A DNA stretch of 64,000 bases from an uncultured bacterium (lineage in GTDB: Bacteria; Patescibacteriota; Saccharimonadia; UBA4664), in the NCBI GenBank assembly GCA_963720265.1, contig CAVRET010000002.1, positions 931-64,930 on the forward strand, written 5' to 3'. How positions within the stretch are numbered: the first letter of the stretch is position 1; every line of letters begins with the position of its first letter. Below are positions 19,795 through 30,400 of this stretch, in pieces. The notes beneath the pieces are model-generated. The model was not told the DNA's origin and ran no database searches. It saw only the letters and a list, made by a program, of their open reading frames with translations. The position numbers were made by a program, and so were the translations under genes.

Positions 19795-20715
19795 TTAGGC
19801 CTTCTTTGCCACGAGCTGCGTCTTTTCCAGCTTCTTTAACTTGTGGTTATGCCAGGTCACGAGCAGCGGTGAAGCGTTAAAGATTGACGAATACGTTCCC
19901 GAAGCAATACCAATGAGAAGTGCCAGCACAAAGGTTCGAATTGAGGCTCCACCAAACAGGAATAGCGCCAAAAGCGTCAGGAGCACTGTCAGTGAGGTGT
20001 TAATTGATCGTGCAACCGTCTCAAGAATAGAATTGTTGACTACTGTCTCGAAGCTGCCCTTATCGCGCCGCAAGTTCTCGCGAATCCGGTCAAATACCAC
20101 GATGGTGTCGTGCACACTAAAGCCAATCACGGTCAAGATCGCGGTTACAAACAACGAATCAACCTCAATCCCGGCAAAATGCCCCAGCAGCGAAAACACG
20201 CCAAGCACAAACAATGCATCGTGCAGCAGGGCCGCGATTGCCATAAACCCAAAGCTCCACGGCGACACCGGCGGCGGTGCATTGCGGAAGGCAAAAGCAA
20301 TATAAAGCACGATTGCCAAACTCACCACCACCAGACTCGCAATAGCATTACGCGCAATCGTCGCTGATACCGTTGGGCCAATCGAGTCAAACGACAGCTC
20401 AGCAAACCCCTCGTGCGCCAACGCAGCCTTAAACTTCTCATGGTCTGCCTCGTGCTGGCCTTGCGGCGCCGGGTCGCGGTAACGAATCTCAGTCTGGTTA
20501 TCGCCGGCCGGCTCCACCTGGATGTCTTGGAATCCCAAACCTGTCGCCGCTTGCTGCGCCTGTGACAGGCTCACCGTTCCCTGTGCGGTCAATAATTCGC
20601 CGGCTGTAAAATCGATCCCCAGCTTAAGGCCAAACAACGCCAGCGAGATTACGCCTGGCACAATCATCACGCAGGAGATCGTATACCAAATCCGTCGCTT
20701 ACCGATCAAATTCAT
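19795..20715 (-). CDS. secF: protein translocase subunit SecF
   Basis: SecF N-terminal region LGIDFTAGELLTAQ and six TM segments. Overlaps the secD stop. Confidence 0.9.
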   Translation of the reverse strand: MNLIGKRRIWYTISCVMIVPGVISLALFGLKLGIDFTAGELLTAQGTVSLSQAQQAATGLGFQDIQVEPAGDNQTEIRYRDPAPQGQHEADHEKFKAALAHEGFAELSFDSIGPTVSATIARNAIASLVVVSLAIVLYIAFAFRNAPPPVSPWSFGFMAIAALLHDALFVLGVFSLLGHFAGIEVDSLFVTAILTVIGFSVHDTIVVFDRIRENLRRDKGSFETVVNNSILETVARSINTSLTVLLTLLALFLFGGASIRTFVLALLIGIASGTYSSIFNASPLLVTWHNHKLKKLEKTQLVAKKA

Positions 20716-22070
20716 GCCTTCGCCTCCGCCGCCGAAGCCGGCGCCGACGGTGTCGGCTTCTCTTGCTCTGCCGGTATTTTCAACCCATACCAGGACAAAT
20801 TACGTCCCCAGCGCTGGCGAATTACCATCCTGAGCAAAGTACGAGTCACCACCACAGCCGTAAACATACTCACAAGCACACCCAGACCAAGCGTGACCGC
20901 GAATCCCCGGATAATAGGTGTAGCTGCGCTTGTTGCGTACAAAATCACACAAGTGATGAGGGTCGACACATTTGAATCCCGGATACTCGTCCAAGCCCGG
21001 TCAAAGGCTGCCTCAGTCGCAGCTACAAAGCTCTTGCCTGCCCTCAACTCCTCTTTCATGCGCTCAAAGATAAGAATATTGGCGTCCACCGCCATACCAA
21101 TACTCAAGATGAATCCAGCGATCCCGGCCAGCGTTAGCACAATCGTATATCCCGGCACCAGTGCGCTCAGTTTATAGATCGTGAGCGTGATGCAGGTGTA
21201 GATAAACAGCGCGATCACCGCCAACGCACCCGCCAACCGGTAATACATCAGCATAAACAGAGCGACCACAGTTAAGCCAATAATGCCGGCCACCAACGAT
21301 TCCTGCACGCTTTCTTTGCCCAGTGTTGGCCCAACCGTCTCCTGCTCAACAAGTGTCACCGGCACCGGCAACGCGCCGGCCGTAATTTCGTCCGCGATCT
21401 GTCTGGCCTGGTTAATGTTGAGGTTGCCCGTGAGTATCGCTGTGCCGTCGGTAATCGCCTCGGTGCGGGCCGGTCCAAACGTCGGTTGGCCGTCAAGCAG
21501 GGTCAGCAGCAAATTACCATTCTGGCTCAACTGAGTCGTAAGCGTTGAAAATTTCTTGGTCGACTCCCCACCTTTCAGCTTCAACACGACGTCGGGCTGG
21601 TCTTTGGTGGGATCATAATCGGCCGTCGCCGAATCCACGTCATTACCGTTAATGTCGGTCGGCGTTTCCGCACCAGTCTGCGCATTCACCGTCACAAACG
21701 TCAGGTTGGCCGTCTCGCCGATCTGATTAATCGCGTCGCTCACATTCTTCACACCCGGCAAACTCACAGCCACCCTGTTGCTGCCTTCTTGCTGTACCGT
21801 CACCTCTTGGGTCCCGCCGATATTTGCACGCCGCGTCATCACGGTCACCAGCGAGGCCATGGCCGTATCGCGCTGATCCGCCGGAGTTTTGCTCAAATCC
21901 GCCTGAAACACGAGCTGCGCTCCACCCTGCAGATCCAAACCCTGCCTCACGCTCAGCTTGACATGCTTGAGTCCCAACGCCGAAAACACCAGGTCTTCAC
22001 GCGGCATCGCCAGGACCGCGCAGACCACAGCCAAGACCAAAATCAAAATAAATTTCAGCCGCACACTCAT
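20712..22070 (-). CDS. secD: protein translocase subunit SecD
   Basis: SecD periplasmic domain plus six C-terminal TM segments (…ITLAGIAGFILSIGMAVDANILIFERM...). Confidence 0.9.
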   Translation of the reverse strand: MSVRLKFILILVLAVVCAVLAMPREDLVFSALGLKHVKLSVRQGLDLQGGAQLVFQADLSKTPADQRDTAMASLVTVMTRRANIGGTQEVTVQQEGSNRVAVSLPGVKNVSDAINQIGETANLTFVTVNAQTGAETPTDINGNDVDSATADYDPTKDQPDVVLKLKGGESTKKFSTLTTQLSQNGNLLLTLLDGQPTFGPARTEAITDGTAILTGNLNINQARQIADEITAGALPVPVTLVEQETVGPTLGKESVQESLVAGIIGLTVVALFMLMYYRLAGALAVIALFIYTCITLTIYKLSALVPGYTIVLTLAGIAGFILSIGMAVDANILIFERMKEELRAGKSFVAATEAAFDRAWTSIRDSNVSTLITCVILYATSAATPIIRGFAVTLGLGVLVSMFTAVVVTRTLLRMVIRQRWGRNLSWYGLKIPAEQEKPTPSAPASAAEAKA

Positions 22071-22122
22071 AATCTCGACTACTATAGCCTGTATCTGCCG
22101 GATGCGTCAATTCAGATTGTCT

Positions 22123-22785
22123 TCAGATCCAACGCGACACAACATTATCAATCCGCTCAGTGATCGTTGCCGGATCAATTCTGTCCTCATCCGTATAGTA
22201 ATGCGAGACCGAAAAAAAATTTTCCGGCATATACAAGTAATGCATTTCATCAACCAAACCTCGCAGCCGATCGATGACATCAACCGGGCCGACCGGAATC
22301 GCGGCAATCGTTTTCTCAACGTGCAAGCGGTTTAAGTAATGCATGGCCGCGTCAAAGCTCAACCCATTCTTGACCCCGTCAGTCGCGATGATGACATTGC
22401 GCGCAACCAACTGGGCGGGATCAGCCAAACCGTGCTCGCCCATCACAGCCGACATCTCATACATTTGCCGCAGTTTTTGTTCCTCAACATACCCTCGCAT
22501 GTCTTCCATATAGTCTTCCATCTGTCCGGCTGAAATCATCGAGTTGTAGGTAAACACGCCGCTTTGGTCAATCGTTCCGACAACGAGGCTAGACTCACCC
22601 GGCGCCGAAATTCGAGCCGTTAGCAAAAGTGTCAGCAGACTATGGAGACGACGGGCAACCTGTTCCCCTACCGCCACACCCCCAGGCGACAGGGCCAGCA
22701 CAACGGTGTTCTCATATCGATACTGCATCAACTGATCTGCCAGCATGTTGCCAGCCTGCGCCCGATCGTGGAAATACATAACCAC
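22123..22785 (-). CDS. predicted phosphoribosyltransferase (PRTase type I fold)
   Basis: VVLALSPGGVAVG... and VIIATDGVKNGLSF (PRPP-binding-like acidic loop). COG1926-like. Confidence 0.55.
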   Translation of the reverse strand: MVMYFHDRAQAGNMLADQLMQYRYENTVVLALSPGGVAVGEQVARRLHSLLTLLLTARISAPGESSLVVGTIDQSGVFTYNSMISAGQMEDYMEDMRGYVEEQKLRQMYEMSAVMGEHGLADPAQLVARNVIIATDGVKNGLSFDAAMHYLNRLHVEKTIAAIPVGPVDVIDRLRGLVDEMHYLYMPENFFSVSHYYTDEDRIDPATITERIDNVVSRWI

Positions 22786-22812
22786 ATTGTATCAGCCCCG
22801 TATACTAAAACC

Positions 22813-24786
22813 ATGGAGCACGTGAGGCACTATCTAATTACGCCGCTGGCTTATACCGGCCGCACCTCAGCTTTTACCTACCACAGCGAGCTGGAGCTTG
22901 AACCAGGTCGCATTGTCGAAATATCAGTTGGCCGCCGCAACGTTATTGGTGTAATCGAGGCGGCAGTTGAACGTCCCGCATTCAAGACCAAGCCGATCAC
23001 CCGCGCACTTGAATTGCCGGCCATACCTTCTGAACTGCGCGAATTGGCTGGTTGGCTTAGCCGATTCTACGCAGCCAGCCCAGCCAGCGTCTGGACCACC
23101 ATGTTGCCCGCCGGGCTCGGCAAAACCCGCCGTCTGAAACCAATCCCAAGCAGCTCAGACATCACCGCATCCACGCCGAGGCTCTCACCACTGCAAAACC
23201 TGCCACCGCTTACCGAAGACCAAGCTTCTGCCCTGGCTCGCATACGTAACTCAAACCTGAGCACCGGGCTCGTCCAAGGAGTAACCGGCTCGGGCAAAAC
23301 GAGGCTCTACCTCGAGCTTGCAGCCGAGACGCTCGCGGCCGGCCGGTCATGCATCGTACTAGTACCTGAAATCATCCTCACCCCCCAGCTGGTCAGCCAA
23401 TTCGAAGCCGAGTTTGGTGCGAACGTACTAACGAGCCATTCCAAACTTACCGAAAGTCAACGTCACACGATTTGGCTAGCTGCTATGACCGCCCGTGTGG
23501 GCCACCAGCCCCGTATTATTATCGGTCCACGGTCGTGCCTATTTATGCCTGTCCACCAGCTTGGTTTGATTGTCGTCGACGAGTGCCACGAATCGAGCTA
23601 CAAGCAAGACCAACACCCAAGGTATCATGCAGTTACAGCCGCTGCCCGGCTGGCCCAGCTCACCTCCGCCAGGCTGGTACTCGGCTCAGCCACACCCGGT
23701 CTGAATGAGCTTTTTCTGGCTCGCGAACATCGCATTGAACACATTTTGCTCTCACATCGCATAAGCAAGATACCGCATCCAGAAGCCAAAATTATTGACC
23801 TGCGCAATAAAGATAATCTCAAGTCGAACAAATTTATTGCTCAAGAACTCCTGGACGCAATAGCGACAACCATGGACGCCGGTCGTCAGACGCTGCTCTA
23901 CCTCGGCCGGCGCGGCAGCGCGTCGAGTCAAGTCTGTGGCGACTGCGGCCACGTCACGACCTGCCCAAACTGCCAATTACCGCTCACCTTTCATGCCGAC
24001 CTTATGCGCCTCATTTGCCACCATTGCAACTTCCGCACCGCGAGCCCAGCCATTTGCCCTGCCTGTAACTCCGCCAACCTCAAGCTCATTGGTGCCGGGA
24101 CCAAACGAATCGAAGCCGAAGTCGGTGCACTTTTTCCGCAGGCTCGCATCGCCAGACTCGACCGCGACTCGGCTACACTTACAAACCTAAAAGCAGTGCT
24201 CAAGGGCCTAAACAACGGCGAGCTTGATATTATCATTGGTACACAAATGATCACCGGCGGCCTCGACCTGGCTGGCCTCGATACCGTTGGCGTCATCTCA
24301 GCCGATACACTCCTCCATTTGCCCGATTTCACCGCCGCCGAGCGTACGTTCCAACTGCTCAGCCAGGTTGCAGGCCGAGCCGGCCGTCGCGACCGCCCAG
24401 GCCAAGTCTTCATTCAAACCTACACGCCCGACCACCCAGCCATTGTCGCCGCTGCCCGTAACGACTTTGACTCCTTTGCGGCCACGGAGCTCGCTCAGCG
24501 CAAAGCCCTGCGCTATCCGCCGTTTGTCTACCTACTCAAGCTGACGGTTGCAGCCGCCTCCAGGCAAGCCGCTATCGCCGAAGCCACCGCCTTCGCCGAA
24601 AAACTCCGAGCTCAGCCCGGCCTCGACGTTACCGGTCCTGCCCCGGCTTTCATCGAAACCATAGGCGGGCGCTTTCACTGGCTCATCACCGCCAAATCAG
24701 TCCGCCGTCCGCCCCTCGTTACCATTGCCGAAAACCTCCCTGGCCCCCACTGGACCGCCGATCTCGACCCGGTCAACCTGTTATAA
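22813..24786 (+). CDS. priA: primosomal protein N' (replication restart helicase PriA)
   Basis: Walker A GVTGSGKT, DEAH-like VVDECHE, and zinc-binding CGDCGH...CPNCQ...CHHC...CPAC. Start ATG at 22813 (MEHVRHYLITPLAYTG...) clears the convergent gene. Confidence 0.9.
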   Translation: MEHVRHYLITPLAYTGRTSAFTYHSELELEPGRIVEISVGRRNVIGVIEAAVERPAFKTKPITRALELPAIPSELRELAGWLSRFYAASPASVWTTMLPAGLGKTRRLKPIPSSSDITASTPRLSPLQNLPPLTEDQASALARIRNSNLSTGLVQGVTGSGKTRLYLELAAETLAAGRSCIVLVPEIILTPQLVSQFEAEFGANVLTSHSKLTESQRHTIWLAAMTARVGHQPRIIIGPRSCLFMPVHQLGLIVVDECHESSYKQDQHPRYHAVTAAARLAQLTSARLVLGSATPGLNELFLAREHRIEHILLSHRISKIPHPEAKIIDLRNKDNLKSNKFIAQELLDAIATTMDAGRQTLLYLGRRGSASSQVCGDCGHVTTCPNCQLPLTFHADLMRLICHHCNFRTASPAICPACNSANLKLIGAGTKRIEAEVGALFPQARIARLDRDSATLTNLKAVLKGLNNGELDIIIGTQMITGGLDLAGLDTVGVISADTLLHLPDFTAAERTFQLLSQVAGRAGRRDRPGQVFIQTYTPDHPAIVAAARNDFDSFAATELAQRKALRYPPFVYLLKLTVAAASRQAAIAEATAFAEKLRAQPGLDVTGPAPAFIETIGGRFHWLITAKSVRRPPLVTIAENLPGPHWTADLDPVNLL

Positions 24787-25882
24787 AGCGGCGCACTATC
24801 CCCTCGTTAGCGTCCACTTCAACCATGTCTCCCTCCGAGAAAACCCTTGTGCCGTTAACAGTGCCGACAATACAGGGGATGTTCAGCTCTCGGCTAATAA
24901 TGGCGGCATGTGACAACACTCCGCCCTGGTTTGTCACAATCGCCCCAGCCTTTTTACACAGCATCGTGAGTTCAGGATTAGTGCTTTGAACGATTAAAAT
25001 GTCACCTTTGCGCATCCGTTTATCAACTGCTTGGGCCTCAGCCAGGTCGAGCATCGGCGCTATTACGACTCGTCCTCGCGCTACCCCTCGGTTGGCGACC
25101 ATACCTGACAGGCCGGCCCTTGCTGCCTCAATCTGCCCCCGCTCAAAGGCTACGAAGTTGTCGCTTACCTTGACTGCCTCGTCGTACGTAAAGTAGTGTA
25201 TCTCTCCGCCATGTTTGCGCAGCACATAAGACGATCGGCGCTGGGCAATGCTTTCGTTATCTGGCCGGACGCCTCCAAAGAGATCCTTCAGCTCATCCAA
25301 ATACAGGTAGTGGGCTGCGTCCGCTCCCGCAAAAAATGACCCATCGATGTAATCCATCAAGGAGTCAAGTACGCCGTCTTTCATAATGTAGGCATTCAGG
25401 GTTTGCCTACCCTGTGATTTCAGCTCGTTCAAGGTCTCGAGGTTGTGCTGCAAGATTGTATCCCTATGATGGTTCAAAAAATCCACGGCAGCGTCCTGAA
25501 AAACCGACTCCGTAAACCCATAGAATTTGTATAGTTGGCCCATCCCAGATATCACCTGCACAAATTCTTCCGCGGACATGTCGTCTGGCACTTCGCTGTA
25601 CCGCTGGATCAAATCCGCAGCTGTAGCCCCCATATAGCGGACAAAGTTTGAGACGTAGTCCTCAAATTCTACTTGACTACGTAATAACTCCAACCCCTGC
25701 CGGCCGAGTTTGGTAAAGGATTGCTTTGGAAGCGATAATGACCAAGCTCCATCCCGGTTAATAATTAGTGGGTCGCCGACACCAAGTGGACCGTCCAAAA
25801 AGAAAACATTGACAACGCAAGCAGCCCGGTTGAGCATCCGAAACATTGTCTGGTAATCACTCGGCTTTGGCAGGGCTTCCAT
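24773..25882 (-). CDS. PEP-utilising enzyme mobile-domain protein
   Basis: C-terminal ...GAIVTNQGGVLSHAAIISRELNIPCIVGT... is the phospho-histidine swivelling-domain motif of PEP synthase/rifampin-phosphotransferase-like enzymes. Confidence 0.6.
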   Translation of the reverse strand: MEALPKPSDYQTMFRMLNRAACVVNVFFLDGPLGVGDPLIINRDGAWSLSLPKQSFTKLGRQGLELLRSQVEFEDYVSNFVRYMGATAADLIQRYSEVPDDMSAEEFVQVISGMGQLYKFYGFTESVFQDAAVDFLNHHRDTILQHNLETLNELKSQGRQTLNAYIMKDGVLDSLMDYIDGSFFAGADAAHYLYLDELKDLFGGVRPDNESIAQRRSSYVLRKHGGEIHYFTYDEAVKVSDNFVAFERGQIEAARAGLSGMVANRGVARGRVVIAPMLDLAEAQAVDKRMRKGDILIVQSTNPELTMLCKKAGAIVTNQGGVLSHAAIISRELNIPCIVGTVNGTRVFSEGDMVEVDANEGIVRRFITG

Positions 25883-25957
25883 CTTACTGCGTCCCAGGCA
25901 TACGTAATGTACAAATGATAGCACCCCGTTTCGACAACCTGAGAGCCATCAGGTAAA

Positions 25958-26512
25958 ATGCGCTATGTAATGACCGCCAACGACATTATTACGCTGCCGG
26001 CGCCCAAGCTCCACGAACGGTCGAAAAAAATCGGCCATGTTGACGACGATATTCGCGCGCTCGCCCAAGACATGATCACGGCCACGCTCGACTGGGAGGC
26101 CAGCCGCGAGCACGAATTTGGCGCCGCCCTGGCAGCCGTGCAGGTCGGCCGGCTCTACCGTCTCGTCGTCATCCGCAACGACTTCGACGACAAGGAGAAT
26201 CGGTCGTTTAGCGTTTTTATTAACCCGGAAATTGTCAAAGCCGAAGGTGAACCCACGGCCGAGCTCGAAGGCTGTCTCAGCGTAAAAGACATTTATGGCT
26301 CAGTGGAGCGCTTTCCCAAAGTTAAGGTAAGGGCCCTGAATCTCGACGGCCAGCCCGTGCGTGTCACGGCCACCGGCTTTTTAGCGCGTGTCTTCCAGCA
26401 CGAAATCGACCACACCAATGGTACTGTTTTTACCGACCGCATCACCAATCCCCATGAGCTGTACCGTTTGCAGCCCAACGGCAAATTTACCCCGCTAGAA
26501 GCATCACCATGA
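25958..26512 (+). CDS. def: peptide deformylase
   Basis: Motifs GAALAAVQVG, EGCLS and HEIDHTNG. ATGA overlap with fmt. Confidence 0.9.
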   Translation: MRYVMTANDIITLPAPKLHERSKKIGHVDDDIRALAQDMITATLDWEASREHEFGAALAAVQVGRLYRLVVIRNDFDDKENRSFSVFINPEIVKAEGEPTAELEGCLSVKDIYGSVERFPKVKVRALNLDGQPVRVTATGFLARVFQHEIDHTNGTVFTDRITNPHELYRLQPNGKFTPLEASP

Positions 26513-27429
26513 GTGCCAGCACTACCGACCGCCTCATATTCTTTGGTACCGACGCCTTCAGTGTGCCCTCATTCATCCGCCTCCTGACCGAACATTGGAA
26601 CGTCGTGGCATTGGTCACGCGGCCTGACGCGCCGGCCGGCCGCGGTCGCAAAGAAACCATGCCTGCAGTCAAACGCTTAGCTCTGGCCAAGGATATTCCG
26701 GTATTTCAACCCGAGCGTATACGCGATCTCGCCGGCGAGCTTACAGCACTGGAGCCCACCGCCGGCATCGTAGTCGCCTACGGCCAAATCATCCCAAGAA
26801 CCGTTATAGACCTCTTCCCCAAGGGCCTCATTAATGTCCACGCCTCGCTGCTGCCATCCCACCGCGGGGCTGTGCCGATCGAAGCCGCGATTCTCGCCGG
26901 CGATACCGCGACCGGTGTTACCCTCATGCGCCTCGACCCCGGCCTCGATACCGGCCCCGCCTTTGATGTCGCCAAACTCCAGCTTGGCGGCACCGAGACC
27001 CGCCTTGATCTGTACGAATGGCTGGCTGAACTCGGCGCCGATCTGCTCGCTGCCAAGCTGCCCGCCATTCTCGACGGCAATCTCGTCCCCATTCCGCAAA
27101 ACAACTCGCATGCCACCCACAGCAAACGCCTCACCAAGGCCGACGGCGAAATCCACTGGGGCAAGCCGGCCGCCGAACTCGAACGTGAGGTCCGTGCCTA
27201 TCTTGGCTGGCCCGGCTCACGCACCACCATCGCCGGCACGCCGGTCACGATTACGGCCGCCCACACGAGCCCCCACAACGGCAAAGCCAGCATCCCCTAC
27301 CGTACACCAAGCGGCGAGCTGGCGGTCTATACCACCGATGGCAGTCTCATCATCGACCACCTCATCCCCGCGGGCAAACGCGAAATGACCGGCCCCGCCT
27401 TCCTCGCGGGCCACCCCCTAGCCAGCTAG
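26509..27429 (+). CDS. fmt: methionyl-tRNA formyltransferase
   Basis: LIFFGTDAFSVP..., INVHASLLPSHRGAVPI (formyl-transferase SLLP motif), and a C-terminal domain. Confidence 0.9.
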   Translation: MSASTTDRLIFFGTDAFSVPSFIRLLTEHWNVVALVTRPDAPAGRGRKETMPAVKRLALAKDIPVFQPERIRDLAGELTALEPTAGIVVAYGQIIPRTVIDLFPKGLINVHASLLPSHRGAVPIEAAILAGDTATGVTLMRLDPGLDTGPAFDVAKLQLGGTETRLDLYEWLAELGADLLAAKLPAILDGNLVPIPQNNSHATHSKRLTKADGEIHWGKPAAELEREVRAYLGWPGSRTTIAGTPVTITAAHTSPHNGKASIPYRTPSGELAVYTTDGSLIIDHLIPAGKREMTGPAFLAGHPLAS

Positions 27430-27473
27430 CTGCCGGGGTTTTGTGCGCTACCACCCGCCTGTCCGCCGCTGCC

Positions 27474-30400
27474 TCACGGCCGACGACGCCGTTGCTGACC
27501 ACCTCCTCCGCCCTGGGAGGCTCGCCTCCTGGCACTTACCCTTCGCTTATCGAGTTCGATTTGGGCAGCGTCGGCGTACTCCAAGAGTTCTTTACCGTAA
27601 TCTAAGTTATTTTTGTGCTGATTTGGTCCCACATATGCCACAAACCCTGAGCGCGACATGTTTCTGCGTCCCTGATCACGATTCGGATCGACTTTACGAA
27701 TATAGTCGCGCCCGCCTGCTGCCGCCTCGTCGAGTATGCCGACAATTTCATTGATCGCCGCATCGATCTGATCAACGCTCGCATTGCGATCGTCCTTAAT
27801 CCTCTGGCGCACTTCAGCTATCCTCTCCTGAAAGCGCAAATTATACCAACGGTCGGCCCATTGGTTATACAGCGTTTCTGTATCCGAATCGGCATTTTGG
27901 AGAACAAGATTACTGTCGGCATTGCGCACGACAGTGTCACCACTCCGTCCGGCAATGTCGCCACCAACTAAATTGGCCTCTGCCGTACTGTGCACATCAT
28001 GCAATAGGGCGCGCAATTGCCCAATTTCCCATTGCTCGTCTTGAGGCGGCGCATCAAATTGCTGATTACGTTTGCCTCGACGCTCCCTGGTACGACCGAT
28101 AATATCTCCGATCTCAGCCGCACCTTGAACAGCCGGAGATGGCTCAGTCTCAGCCGCCGGAGGTTGGCCCTGATCTGGTGGGGGTGGAACCGGAGGCTGA
28201 GTATCTGGAGCGGCAGGTTGGCCCTGAGCTGGACCCGCAGCAGCGTTATCAGGGCCGCTAGGCGCTTGAGTCGCTGCCGGTGCCGCACTCGCCGGTTGCG
28301 CAGCTGCCGGTTGTGTCAACGCCCGCTCACGCGCATCCAAGATATCGAGCAATGCCTGATCGGCCGGATGATCAGGCCGCGCTTGCAGCTTTCTGTCAGG
28401 TAGTCCATCGCGTGCGACTTTGCCACCCTCAAAGTAATCACGACGCTCAAGATCAAGCCGAATAGTGCTAAGCTGCCGCGCATTAGTAGCTGCAGCCGCC
28501 AAGCGTTCAACCTGCTCTGGTGTTACTGGGCCGGTTTGCGAATAAGGGAATGGCCCTTGCGCTTCAGCTGCTCGCACGAGCCTCGCGATTGCCGTACTAT
28601 GCGGCCTTTCGATCGCCGGTGGTCTGGATAAGGCGCCACCCAACGTTGCGTCGAGAGCCTGAGCCTCAGTACTCAACGGTCTAGAGAGAGGGGCGTCGTC
28701 AAGTGACGCACTGAGCGCCTGGCCCGCCGCATTTAGCCGGTCGGCCAGCCCTGTTCTGCGCTGTCGCTCGTCTCCTGAAAGAACCGCACCGATTACCGGC
28801 TCAACCCGGGTGGTATCATCAGGGCCGGCGACAACCATGCGCTCCCGAATCGCGGAACTGCGCACCCGGGCCAGTGCGATCCTGAGTTCTGATCGGCGAC
28901 CCCGGGCGTCGGCTTGCGACATTGCCGCCAAACCATCAGCATCGTTTAGGACAGCGTCCGCGCGGTCAAATAATCTACGAAGCGTCTCGTCGACTCCTTC
29001 AGCGTTGCGCGGCTCATCGATCTCACGGTTAGTCTCGGCGATCGCCTGCTCATTGTGACGCCGCTCCGCCTCAACTGCCGCTGCCAGGTTCTCTTTACGC
29101 TGCCTACGCTCCGCCCTCAGATCAGCTGCCGCTTGCCTTACCTGCTTCCTAGCCTCGGCCGTGGCTTGCTCTTGCTGGACTGCAGCATCTGCCACTTCCT
29201 GTATTTGCTGTTGCGCGGCAATTTGTGCGTTGTACTCTCCCTGCATAGCCGTAGTCGCACGAAGTAAGCGCTCGCCCGCTTCGGTTTGACCCTGAAAACC
29301 GCGCGGACTACCAAGGAACTCCAATTCATCCGCTATGACTTCATACTGCTGGCGCAGAGTTTCTGGATCTAGCTGACCATGCGTCCGCTGCTCACGATAA
29401 TGCTCTGCAAGGCCTTCGGCGCGAACAGCCAATTGCCGCCAGCCGTCAATGATCCGCATATCCGCCACCCGCTCCGGCGACACGAGCCGCGGACCGCCAA
29501 GCGACCGCAACCCTGCCTGCGCCACTCTAGCCGGTTCTTGCTCTTCATCGACCTCCCGCGCCAACCGCTGCGTCCGTTCATGATGGCCCTCTTCCTCAAG
29601 CCCTGCTGCCACGCGCTGCTGCCGCGCAACCTCGGCTCGGCGGGCCAGATCAATGGCATGGTCCTGCAAGTCTTCCGCACCGGCGGCTATCCTCGCTTCC
29701 CGCCAGCGGGCCACATTTGACACCCCCACGCCCATGTTCTCGCCCTGTGGGTCATGCGTCCAAGTCGACTGCTCAAGGAACGTCTGTAGCTGATCACTTA
29801 TTGCAACTTCAACCCCGCCTCGAACCTGACGCCGTTCCGTCAAAACCCCCCCGGGAATCGCTACCGCTTGAAAGCGTACCAACTCCCCGACGGTCCCCTC
29901 CCGACGGTTCCTTCGGGCATTGGCCCGCCGGATCGTGACGATGGCCACATTGGGGTCATCGGTTGCATAGACCGACCGCTCAACAGCGCTCCTACGATCG
30001 CTCACGGTTCGCGCGCCACCAATAGTCGCCCGCCATAGCAAGCTCCGGTTTTCACCCCCCGGCCGCACCATATGCCTTCGCCGGTCAATTTCATCCAATG
30101 TGTCATCTTCCTCCAAATCCACACCCAGCTCATTTGCTAGTGCTGACAAGAGCGCTTCGCGCTCCTGATCGGTACCAATACCAATGTAATCAACCGACTG
30201 CAAACTCTCAGGCAGATTGCCCCTGCGGTCCGGTTGCACCAGTTCCTGCGCTCGTTGAACTTCATCTAAGAGGTCGAGAATCTGCATGCCCAGAAGCGGA
30301 TTAGGCCCATATTCCGGCCACTGCCGGGGTCGGTATCCTTCTGGCTCACCCTGACCCCCTGGCCCGCCCGGACCACCGCCACGCGGACCACCCGACCCGT

